A stretch of DNA of 64,000 nt from Candidatus Omnitrophota bacterium (GTDB lineage Bacteria > Omnitrophota > Gorgyraeia > B26-G9): NCBI GenBank assembly GCA_043826565.1, contig JBDRPX010000003.1, forward strand, positions 3,614 through 67,613. Reading direction: 5' to 3'. The notes below the pieces were generated by a model. That model was not told where the DNA came from and ran no database searches. It was given only the letters and a program-made list of their open reading frames with translations. Positions within the stretch are counted from its first letter, which is position 1. Every line of letters starts with the position of its first letter. Positions 46,219-54,164 of the stretch are shown here, piece after piece. Made by a program: the position numbers and the translations under genes.

Positions 46219-46257
46219 TAGAGATTAAAAGAGCTCATAGTTCATCGCTGATGGCTC

Positions 46258-46641
46258 ATGGGAAGAAGTAGTGTTATGGATATGATACAGGATAAACGTC
46301 AATGCAAAAGGCGGCGCACAAAATACGCGTCCATTAGTTTGCGGTCTCTGGACCCGCAGGCGTGGTTTAAGTTCTGGGGCGGCGCGGAGTGTTTTCTGCG
46401 TGATCTCAGTTTGCTGGGAGTGGGAGTTTACAGCCAGGAAAAGCTTCCTATCGGCACGCGCTTAAGCATTGACCTGCGTTTGGGAAAACAGGCCAGCAGT
46501 ATCCGGGTTTTCGGCCGGATCACCTGGACGGAAAAAGAGGATGATCAGTACCGCTCCGGAGTAAGCTTTTCCTGGTGGAGAGATGACCAGGATAAAAAAA
46601 TTGTCAGTAGTTTTGTGGAAAGACTTGGATTAGTTAACTAA
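46258..46641 (+). CDS. PilZ-domain protein (putative c-di-GMP receptor), about 120-127 aa
   Basis: KRQCKRRRTKY and DLSLLGVGV motifs. C-terminal SFSWWRDDQDKK. The start is ambiguous among ATGs at 46258, 46276 and 46282. Confidence 0.65.
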   Translation: MGRSSVMDMIQDKRQCKRRRTKYASISLRSLDPQAWFKFWGGAECFLRDLSLLGVGVYSQEKLPIGTRLSIDLRLGKQASSIRVFGRITWTEKEDDQYRSGVSFSWWRDDQDKKIVSSFVERLGLVN

Positions 46642-46721
46642 AAATCCTTTTCGAATTTGGTGTTTTTATTATAACATATTGCTCCGCAATTAGTTACACA
46701 CCAAGAAAATTCTGTTTAAAT

Positions 46722-46750
46722 TTGCAAATTCATGATTTATATGGTAAACT
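46722..46750 (+). promoter_or_regulatory. Sigma70-like promoter upstream of 46820
   Basis: TTGCAA, 17-nt spacer, TAAACT. Confidence 0.45.
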
Positions 46751-46819
46751 TTATCACTATTTTGATAAATATTATTAGGTTATAGTTTGTTTTAATGGGT
46801 AAAAACAGGGTGGATAAAA

Positions 46820-48202
46820 ATGAAAAAAAGAATATTCTTAAAGGTTATTTCAGTTGTTTTGATCCAGGCGTTTTTAATGTTGGATTTTTGCTGGGCGGGA
46901 GGTAATGAAATTCAATCAGCCAATGAATATGGGAAACATCATTTAGCTCCGGCACTGCAGCTTACCAACCAAATGATACAACAGGCGCATCAGCAGGTTA
47001 TTATTGGCAATAGGATTTCTGCGCTCAATAAAACTTTTGAGGGATTACCCGCGGATACTTCTGAATATGGAGAGATTTTAAAAGTAAAACCCAAGCAAGA
47101 TTTAGTTGAAAGCTATTTTATAGACTATAAACAGAAATTTTACGGTAGACATCCAATTTTAAATCTTGTGGTTGGAGCATTGAGTTTAGTTGAAGCTATT
47201 GTTTTACCTGTTTGGGCAATGATTCTTCTTAAAATCGATCCTATCCTAATAGTTATAGGTGTTTTTTTTGTGGTTTTTAGTAATCATCCTTTCATCTTTA
47301 TTAGTTTTTTTCTTTGGTTGAATTCACTGCCGTTAGATCTAATTTCACGAAGGAAGTCAATACTTAATGAGCGGCAATGGAGAAAAAGTTTTAGCATATT
47401 GCAAAAACTGAGGAAAGATAAAACTTGGAGGGACGCGAAAGAGAGTTTTATTGAATTACGGAAATTAGGGTTTCCAGAAGATAAAATTAGGGATGAATAC
47501 ATTCAATTTGCATTGAATGATTTGCCGAAAAATAAAGAATTTATTACAGATGAAGATCTTAGTGCTATAGATTCTGCTATGGCTAAATTGAAGGGAGCAG
47601 GTGTGTTACAGAATGAAGTTGTTAAAATTTATGCTAAAGCATTGCTGGATCTTTTAGCTAGAAAAGAAAAACCTGGAGAGTTAAGGGAGATGAAATATGA
47701 TGATATCCTTGATGGGTTTCGTAACGAGTTTAATAATATAATGGAAGAAGTGGGTTTTATGAAAAGCAGCGGGCGTGTTAGTACTAGTAAGGTTGAGACC
47801 TTTTTCTCTAGTAGAGTAGGAGCATTGCTACGCACCTGGGGTAAGGATGATTCGACTTGGTATGAACTTGTTAGGCGTAGTCGTAATCATGAATTTGAGA
47901 TAGGCAGTGCGCCTGTATCCTCGTATGATTGGCGGCCTGAAGGGTCTTTTAGTGTGATTGATGAGTTTGAATCCGGCGGAAAATTTTTAGTTGAAGTTGA
48001 TAGCCATACACAAAGTTGGGAAGGTGGTGTTGATTATTTAACAGGAGAACCATATGAACCGCATTCAACAACATTTTATAGGTCTCTTTGGATAAGAAAG
48101 GTTGTAGATCAAAATTCCCCAGTATCTTTGCAAAATAAAGGAAAAGTTCAGATGGGGGGGAATAGCTTAAATCTCAAACTCTTGGTTGAACAGTCAATTT
48201 AA
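46820..48202 (+). CDS. Leader-family membrane protein (460 aa)
   Basis: GGGTGGA RBS. Leader KKRIFLKVISVVLIQAFLMLDFCWAGG followed by HHLAPALQL. Internal hydrophobic helices (VGALSLVEAIVLPVWAMILL, IVIGVFFVVF). Confidence 0.7.
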   Translation: MKKRIFLKVISVVLIQAFLMLDFCWAGGNEIQSANEYGKHHLAPALQLTNQMIQQAHQQVIIGNRISALNKTFEGLPADTSEYGEILKVKPKQDLVESYFIDYKQKFYGRHPILNLVVGALSLVEAIVLPVWAMILLKIDPILIVIGVFFVVFSNHPFIFISFFLWLNSLPLDLISRRKSILNERQWRKSFSILQKLRKDKTWRDAKESFIELRKLGFPEDKIRDEYIQFALNDLPKNKEFITDEDLSAIDSAMAKLKGAGVLQNEVVKIYAKALLDLLARKEKPGELREMKYDDILDGFRNEFNNIMEEVGFMKSSGRVSTSKVETFFSSRVGALLRTWGKDDSTWYELVRRSRNHEFEIGSAPVSSYDWRPEGSFSVIDEFESGGKFLVEVDSHTQSWEGGVDYLTGEPYEPHSTTFYRSLWIRKVVDQNSPVSLQNKGKVQMGGNSLNLKLLVEQSI

Positions 48203-48261
48203 CTCATGTTTTGCCTAATTTCTCTAAAAATTCACATTATTGTGATCCCGCCTCATTCACC

Positions 48262-48290
48262 TTGACATATTTGCTGATTTATGATATAAA
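48262..48290 (+). promoter_or_regulatory. Sigma70-like promoter for the transporter/glycosidase operon
   Basis: TTGACA (48262-48267), 17-nt spacer, TATAAA (48285-48290). Confidence 0.55.
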
Positions 48291-48430
48291 ATAAACTTCT
48301 AATATAATTATATTAAGGAAGGATAATTGGAATAGCCCTCCACAAAAAACTTGGCTGGGTTCAATTTATCACGCCAAGAGCACTCAAAGAAGTTAACAGT
48401 GGCGGATTAATCGAAGAAAGAGAGGCTTAA

Positions 48431-49918
48431 ATGAGCGAGGCAAAACATTTTCATACCGCTGCGGAAGATCGTATCTCTTTTTCGCAGAAGATTTATTACG
48501 GTCTGGGTATGCTGTGTAACAATTTGATCCCGGCGGCATTGGGATGCATGGTAGTTGTGCTTAATCTTGGGCTGGGAATGAATCCGGTATTAGTCGGTTA
48601 TATCATGTCTTTTCCTCGTCTTACCGATGCTTTCACCGACCCGATAATGGGTTATATTTCTGATAATACAAGGTCTCGCTTTGGCCGGCGGAGGCCTTAT
48701 ATCTTTTTTGGCGCGATTTTCCTGGGCCTGATTTTTGCTTTAATGTGGCAGATCAATACCGGGCATAGCGAAATGTTCTATTTCTGGTTTTTCATGATCG
48801 GATGCATTCTTTTATTTATTGCCAATACCGTGTTTTCCACACCGTTCATTGCTTTCGGCTATGAAATGACCCCGGATTATCATGAAAGAACACGGGTCAT
48901 GGCCTGGGCCAACTGGTTTGGCCAGATACCCTGGCTTTTATGCCCCTGGTTCTGGTGGATGATGGCGAATAAAAAGTTTTTCGAAACCTCGGTTGACGGT
49001 GCCAAGTTCATTGCCCTGGCAGTCGGGGGAGCAGTAGTTGTATTTGGCGTATTGCCGGCGATTTTCTGTAAAGAGAGGTTTAAAACTGTCGCTGAGGGAG
49101 AAGCAGCTAAAGTATATACCAAGGGTATGTTAAATCATATCAAAGAATTCCTTAAAGGTTTTTTCATTACTATTAAATGCCGTCCGTTTTTAAAGATCTG
49201 CACCGCGACTTTTTTCCTTTTTAACGGTTTTATGATGGTGGCCGGATTAGGGCTGTATGTTTTGATTTATTTTGTGTTTGGCGGAGATGAGGTAATGGGC
49301 GGTAAATATAACGGATTGTTTGGGACGACCTCCGCGCTTTCTACGATATTTATTGTTATTCCGATTGTTACAAGGCTGGCGACAAAAATAGGCAAAAGAA
49401 GAGCATTTATAACCTCAACTTCAATCTCCATGATCGGTTTTTTGATCAAATGGTGGTGTTTTAATCCGAAATACTCATCCTTAATAGTAGTTGATATATT
49501 TGGGATAAAAGATGTCCAGATCATCATTCTGCTTCCGGCAATTCTGATTTCCTTTGGTATCGGAGGTTTGTTCACTCTTATGGGCGCGATGATGGCTGAT
49601 ACCTGTGATATTGATGAACTTAACAGCGGCCAGCGCCGGGAAGGTGTGTTTGGCGCTATTTACTGGTGGACGGTCAAATTGGGTATGTCCGTAGCCTTTG
49701 CTCTTTCCGGACATATTCTTAACTTAACGGGTTTTAGTGTGGAATTGGGAAAAGCTCAGACGGCAAAGACACTGGTATTGATGAGAATATTTGATATTTC
49801 CGTTCCGATATTAACGTCTTTGATCGCGATCCTGGCGATTTTCTTTTATAAGATAACCGAACCCAGAGCGCGGGAAATCCGCACTGAACTGGAAAGCCGG
49901 CGCGGTAAGACTGCTTAA
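48431..49918 (+). CDS. GPH-family (MelB-like) glycoside:cation symporter
   Basis: AGAGAGG RBS. N-terminal DPIMGYISDNTRSRFGRRRPYIF is the classic GPH/MelB signature. About 12 hydrophobic helices. Confidence 0.85.
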   Translation: MSEAKHFHTAAEDRISFSQKIYYGLGMLCNNLIPAALGCMVVVLNLGLGMNPVLVGYIMSFPRLTDAFTDPIMGYISDNTRSRFGRRRPYIFFGAIFLGLIFALMWQINTGHSEMFYFWFFMIGCILLFIANTVFSTPFIAFGYEMTPDYHERTRVMAWANWFGQIPWLLCPWFWWMMANKKFFETSVDGAKFIALAVGGAVVVFGVLPAIFCKERFKTVAEGEAAKVYTKGMLNHIKEFLKGFFITIKCRPFLKICTATFFLFNGFMMVAGLGLYVLIYFVFGGDEVMGGKYNGLFGTTSALSTIFIVIPIVTRLATKIGKRRAFITSTSISMIGFLIKWWCFNPKYSSLIVVDIFGIKDVQIIILLPAILISFGIGGLFTLMGAMMADTCDIDELNSGQRREGVFGAIYWWTVKLGMSVAFALSGHILNLTGFSVELGKAQTAKTLVLMRIFDISVPILTSLIAILAIFFYKITEPRAREIRTELESRRGKTA

Positions 49919-49926
49919 ATAAAATT

Positions 49927-51822
49927 ATGAAGAAATTATTAATAATAACGATAACCTGTTTTTACATTCTCAGTATTTACGGAAACAGCGTTTTTGCTTC
50001 CGGAAAACCTGTCTTTGAGCTCGATGACGCGGGGAAAGAAGAAATCGTTGATTACGAGAAATACGGCGAGTTCAAGGATATCGGTAAAGAAGGATATAAA
50101 TATAAAATTACCAAACGTAAAGAACTGGAAGCCGCGGTAGGAGAGGGAATATTCCCGAATACAAAAAGCCTGTCTAAAGATCCTCAATTTAAAAAATTTA
50201 AAGAAGATAAAAAACTTCAAGGCAGCCACTGGGCGTTTGTAAACAGCCCCGATTATCAGGCGAATTTTTATCGTTGGGCCATGGCCGCGGAAAGCCCGGG
50301 AGTGAAATTATTTTATACCGCGCAAGCCTTAGAAGATGCCGGACATATAAAGCATGCGGTTAAGGCTTACTATGCTTTGGTTGTGAATTTTCCCAAAGAA
50401 GTAGGGGTTACCTATTGGGGTACTCCGTGGTATGTGGGCCCGGCTTCCTTAGACAGAATCTTGTATCTAACCCGGAAACATCCGGAATTGGGAATAAAAC
50501 TTATTGATGCTAAGATCAGCGTGGAAAACCGCTATGATGATGACCGCCGGAATGATGTATTTATTGTAACTCCGGGTAAGTTGATCGCCTGTGATCCCCA
50601 GAAAGTCACGGATAAACCTATAGAATTGAAAGCTCTGGATATAATCGAACGCAAAGATTTTGGACAGGTAAGTTTAGTTAAATATAAAAACAGCCACTGG
50701 AAAATGCTTCTTAACAATGAACAGTTTATGATAAAAAGTATTGCTTATCAGCCGAGTATGGTCGGGCAAAGCCCGGATATCGGGACTTTAGAAGACTGGT
50801 CGTTAATGGATAAGAATAAAAACGGAAAAATTGATAGCCCTTATGATTCCTGGGTTGATAAAAATAAGAACAATATCCAAGACGCGGATGAGCCAGCCAT
50901 AGGTGATTTTCAATTGATGGCTGATATGGGGGTAAATGTACTCAGGATTTATCATCATTCTTTTGTGGGAAATAAAGAGCTATTCCAGGACTTGTATAAA
51001 AATTACGGTATTCGTATCATAATCGGAGATTTTCTCGGTATGTATGCGGTTGGTTCGCAAGCGGCCTGGAACCCCGGGACTAATTATTCTGACCCGCAGC
51101 AGCAGAGGAATATGCTTGATTCAGTGATGAAGATGGTCAATGACTACAAAGACGAACCTTGTGTATTAATGTGGATCCTCGGTAATGAAAATAACTATGG
51201 CACAGCGAATAATTCCAATAAAGAACCAAAAGCATATTATCATTTTGTTAATGAAGTGGCTAAGAAAATAAAGGAAGTAGATCCCGATCATCCGGTAGCA
51301 ATTTGCAATGGAGATATCCAGTTTTTGGATATTTTTGCCGAGCAGTGTCCGGATGTCGATGTTTTTGGAGTTAATTCATATCGCGGTAAACAAGGGTTTG
51401 GCTATTACAATTTCTGGCTTCCGGTCAAAGAAGTTGCTGATAAGCCGGCATTTGTTACCGAGTATGGATGCCCGGCCTATGGGCATAAAAAATCCCGGGA
51501 ATACGCGGAGAACTTTCAATCGGAATATGCAGTTAATAATTGGATGGATATAGTTAATAATAGTGCCGGTTTAGGAGCAGGCAATGCTCTGGGCGGGTCA
51601 TTGTTTGAGTTTCTTGATGAATGGTGGAAAACCGGCGCGCCGCCGGGATATCCGGATATTATTCAGGATGTAGTACCTAATGTGGGAGGGCCTTATGTTG
51701 ACGGCTGGTATTATGAGGAATGGTTTGGTATTGCTAGCCAGGGAGACGGTACTGATTCTCCGTTTATGCGTCAATTAAGAAAAGCCTATTTTGATCTACA
51801 AAAGATTTGGAAAAAGAAATGA
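49927..51822 (+). CDS. Secreted clan GH-A (GH5/GH2/GH72-like) TIM-barrel glycosidase with a dockerin-like Ca-binding insert
   Basis: Signal peptide. WILGNENNYG (acid/base Glu) and VTEYGCPAYG (nucleophile Glu) motifs. MADMGVNVLRIY strand. DKNKNGKIDSPYD...DKNKNNIQDADE resembles paired EF-hand/dockerin loops. Confidence 0.7.
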   Translation: MKKLLIITITCFYILSIYGNSVFASGKPVFELDDAGKEEIVDYEKYGEFKDIGKEGYKYKITKRKELEAAVGEGIFPNTKSLSKDPQFKKFKEDKKLQGSHWAFVNSPDYQANFYRWAMAAESPGVKLFYTAQALEDAGHIKHAVKAYYALVVNFPKEVGVTYWGTPWYVGPASLDRILYLTRKHPELGIKLIDAKISVENRYDDDRRNDVFIVTPGKLIACDPQKVTDKPIELKALDIIERKDFGQVSLVKYKNSHWKMLLNNEQFMIKSIAYQPSMVGQSPDIGTLEDWSLMDKNKNGKIDSPYDSWVDKNKNNIQDADEPAIGDFQLMADMGVNVLRIYHHSFVGNKELFQDLYKNYGIRIIIGDFLGMYAVGSQAAWNPGTNYSDPQQQRNMLDSVMKMVNDYKDEPCVLMWILGNENNYGTANNSNKEPKAYYHFVNEVAKKIKEVDPDHPVAICNGDIQFLDIFAEQCPDVDVFGVNSYRGKQGFGYYNFWLPVKEVADKPAFVTEYGCPAYGHKKSREYAENFQSEYAVNNWMDIVNNSAGLGAGNALGGSLFEFLDEWWKTGAPPGYPDIIQDVVPNVGGPYVDGWYYEEWFGIASQGDGTDSPFMRQLRKAYFDLQKIWKKK

Positions 51823-52484
51823 TGAAAAAGTCTCAGGTCTCAAGTCGCAAGTCACAAGTTAGCAGTAAAAAACCAATACTTTTAATTTTATTTTTTGTTT
51901 TCTGTCTATGGTCTATGGTCTATGGTCTATGGTCTAGTTTCGCGCAAGAGGCTTCGGAAGTCAAACCGGAAGAAGCCAAGCATATTTTTGTCTATGCGGA
52001 TAAAGATTCTCCGGAAAATAGTTTTTCTCCGTCGGAATGGATCGGAGATAAAGAAGCTTTAAGTTTTAATGACGGTTGGGAAAAAGACCCCCAGCAGGGA
52101 AAAACTTGTATAAGAATAGACTATAAGGCCATGGGTAGTTTTGGCTGGGCGGGTATTTACTGGGTTAATCCTCAAGGTAATTGGGGCAATGAAAGAGGCG
52201 GATATGACCTGCGTTTTGCTAAAAAACTTACTTTTTGGGTCCGGGGTGAAAAAGGCGGAGAACATATCGCGGTATTTAAGTTCGGGGGATTAAAAGGAGT
52301 ATTTCCGGATTCAGATAACCACGGCATCGGCCCGATAATATTGACCCCCCAATGGCAGGAAATAAGCGTGGATGTATCCCCAAGAGACATGAAATATATT
52401 GGTGCCGGATTTAGTTTCGCGATTAGTAAAGCTTATAATCGTCAGGGTTGTGTTTTTTATATTGATAATATAAAATATGAGTAG
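51819..52484 (+). CDS. Secreted CBM-like beta-sandwich protein, paralog 1
   Basis: The ORF track begins at TTG 51807. The first ATG (51819) overlaps the upstream stop as ATGA. Signal peptide. Conserved core GWAGIYWVNPQGNWG...KLTFWVRGEKGGE...VFYIDNIKYE shared with the next two genes. Confidence 0.6.
   Translation: MMKKSQVSSRKSQVSSKKPILLILFFVFCLWSMVYGLWSSFAQEASEVKPEEAKHIFVYADKDSPENSFSPSEWIGDKEALSFNDGWEKDPQQGKTCIRIDYKAMGSFGWAGIYWVNPQGNWGNERGGYDLRFAKKLTFWVRGEKGGEHIAVFKFGGLKGVFPDSDNHGIGPIILTPQWQEISVDVSPRDMKYIGAGFSFAISKAYNRQGCVFYIDNIKYE
51894..51926 (+). repeat. Heptanucleotide tandem repeat (GTCTATG) x4.7 inside the signal-peptide coding region
   Basis: gtctatggtctatggtctatggtctatggtcta read directly. 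Encodes LWSMVYGLWSS. Confidence 0.85.
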
Positions 52485-52487
52485 GGA

Positions 52488-52503
52488 CAGGGCATGCCCT
52501 GTT
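52488..52503. repeat. Perfect 16-bp palindrome ACAGGGCATGCCCTGT
   Basis: Self-complementary sequence 4 nt after the stop of paralog 1, with no U tract. It could be a weak terminator or a protein-binding site. Confidence 0.5.
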
Positions 52504-52567
52504 CGGTATAAAGGGTATATCCGCCAAAAAAACTTGGCGGATCATTTAAGAAAGGAGGAGAAAGGTT

Positions 52568-53218
52568 ATGAAAAAATTAATTTTGGTTGCAGCAATGGTA
52601 GTTTTGGGATTGTTTTTAGTTGTAAATGTCCAAGCGCAGGACATGACTGATGATTCTCAGGAAGAAGCTGCATTAGTCGGCAGGCCGGCTAATTTTGTCG
52701 ATGGTGTCTTCGGAGTTTATTATGATCGGGGTGATCGTAATAATCATTATATCCCCTCGGGATGGATGGGGGATTACGGGGATATCAAAATGAATGATAA
52801 TTATAAAGAAAACCCGCATAGTGGGAAAACCAGTATACAATTTAATTATTCGGCTAAAGGAAAACAGGGAGCCAACTGGTGCGGAGTAGCTTGGCAAAAC
52901 CCGGCAAATAACTGGGGAGAAAAAGACGGTGGGAAAGATTTACGCGGAGCAACAAAATTGACTTTCTGGGCCCGGGGAGAACTGGGGAATGAACGGATTT
53001 TGGAGGTTAAGTTTGGCGGTATCGGCGGAACTTACGCGGATTCTGATTCTGTAGGTATCGGGCCGGTTGATTTGACTGCGGAGTGGAAGCAATATACTAT
53101 CGACTTAGCGGATTGTGATTTATCTTATATAATCGGAGGGTTTTGCTGGTCGACAAGTGCTGATGCTAATCCGGAAGGATGTACATTTTATTTTGATGAT
53201 ATACAGTTTGAAAAATAA
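52568..53218 (+). CDS. Secreted CBM-like beta-sandwich protein, paralog 2
   Basis: AGGAGGAG RBS. Signal peptide. Collinear with paralog 3 (GWMGDYGD...NPHSGKT...GANWCGVAWQNPANNWGEK...KLTFWARGE...GFCWSTSADANPEGCTFYFDDIQFE). Confidence 0.7.
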   Translation: MKKLILVAAMVVLGLFLVVNVQAQDMTDDSQEEAALVGRPANFVDGVFGVYYDRGDRNNHYIPSGWMGDYGDIKMNDNYKENPHSGKTSIQFNYSAKGKQGANWCGVAWQNPANNWGEKDGGKDLRGATKLTFWARGELGNERILEVKFGGIGGTYADSDSVGIGPVDLTAEWKQYTIDLADCDLSYIIGGFCWSTSADANPEGCTFYFDDIQFEK

Positions 53219-53242
53219 TCATTTAGTTTGATTGATTTGTAA

Positions 53243-53282
53243 AAAGGGTAGGGGCAAAAATAATAGCTTCTACCCTTTTTTC
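53243..53282 (+). terminator. Rho-independent terminator
   Basis: AAAGGGTAG / CTACCCTTT 9-bp stem followed by TTTT. Confidence 0.6.
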
Positions 53283-53387
53283 GCCTGTTTTATTGCGGAA
53301 AATCTGGGTTGAATTTTTTAGCCGGATGATATAAAATATAAACAATAGCCGGATATACGGCAGCCATTAAAAAAGGGAGGATGGAAA

Positions 53388-54044
53388 ATGAAAAAAATAG
53401 GTTTACTGGTATTTGCGATTATCGCTATCTTAAATTTTTCCTTATTTGTTCATGCCCAGGAACAAGAGTCTGAAAGTGATGAGGCTGTGTATGAAGAATT
53501 AATGGGTATGCCGGGAAAATTCACAGATGGGGTATTTGGGGTCTATTATGACCGCGGCAACCGGAATAATCATTTTGTGCCTTCAGGATGGATGGGGGAT
53601 TTCGGCGATGTTCAGATGAATGAGCGCGCTGAAGAAAATCCGCATAGCGGTAAGACCTGTATCAAGTTTACTTATTCGGCCAAAGGAAAACAAGGAGCAA
53701 ATTGGTGCGGAGTTTTTTGGCAGAACCCGGCAAATAATTGGGGTGAGAAAAAAGGCGGGTTTGATCTGCGGGAAGCTACTAAGCTGACATTCTGGGCCCG
53801 GGGAGAAAAAGGCGACGAGCGTATCCAGGAGTTTAAATTCGGCGGTATCGGCGGAACTTACGCGGATTCTGATTCTATGGGTATTGGCCCTATTGATCTG
53901 ACTGCGGAGTGGAAACAATATACTATCGACTTAGCTGATGTGGATCTTTCCTATGTTAACGGTGGCTTCTGCTGGGCGACAAATGCGGATGCTAATCCGG
54001 AAGGAGCGGTATTTTACTTGGATGATATTCAGTACGAACTATAA
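53388..54044 (+). CDS. Secreted CBM-like beta-sandwich protein, paralog 3
   Basis: GGGAGGATGG RBS. Signal peptide. High identity to paralog 2. Confidence 0.7.
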   Translation: MKKIGLLVFAIIAILNFSLFVHAQEQESESDEAVYEELMGMPGKFTDGVFGVYYDRGNRNNHFVPSGWMGDFGDVQMNERAEENPHSGKTCIKFTYSAKGKQGANWCGVFWQNPANNWGEKKGGFDLREATKLTFWARGEKGDERIQEFKFGGIGGTYADSDSMGIGPIDLTAEWKQYTIDLADVDLSYVNGGFCWATNADANPEGAVFYLDDIQYEL

Positions 54045-54068
54045 TTTTACATATTAACAATATAATCA

Positions 54069-54110
54069 GAAGGGTAGGGGCTCTGTTAGTGTTGCTTCTA
54101 CCCTTGTTTT
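54069..54110 (+). terminator. Rho-independent terminator, sequence-related to the one at 53243
   Basis: AAGGGTAG / CTACCCTT stem followed by GTTTT. Confidence 0.6.
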
Positions 54111-54164
54111 AAAATAACTCAAAAGTATCAATTTTTGGAAAGGGGTTTAAAAAAGGATTTTATT

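Noticed and set aside
12012-45225. Numerous minus-strand ORFs of 60-166 aa inside the giant gene (e.g. 14004-14423, 33688-34119, 38676-39176, 39654-40061)
   Set aside because: All lie antisense to a continuous, well-supported + strand CDS. They have low-complexity translations (Ile/Ser/Phe-rich) and no RBS or motif support. They are typical shadow ORFs.
10552-46218. Possibility that the giant ORF is an assembly chimera or a run of frameshift-fused neighbouring genes
   Set aside because: I considered this but did not adopt it. The frame is unbroken for 35.7 kb with homogeneous composition. Internal repeats are short relative to the total, and the domain order is coherent with no internal RBS/start/terminator punctuation. 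It still needs long-read confirmation (see the first finding).
51903-51930. The heptamer tract as a mere sequencing artefact or low-complexity region
   Set aside because: The tract translates into a plausible hydrophobic signal-peptide core and keeps the frame. It is better explained as a genuine microsatellite within coding sequence.
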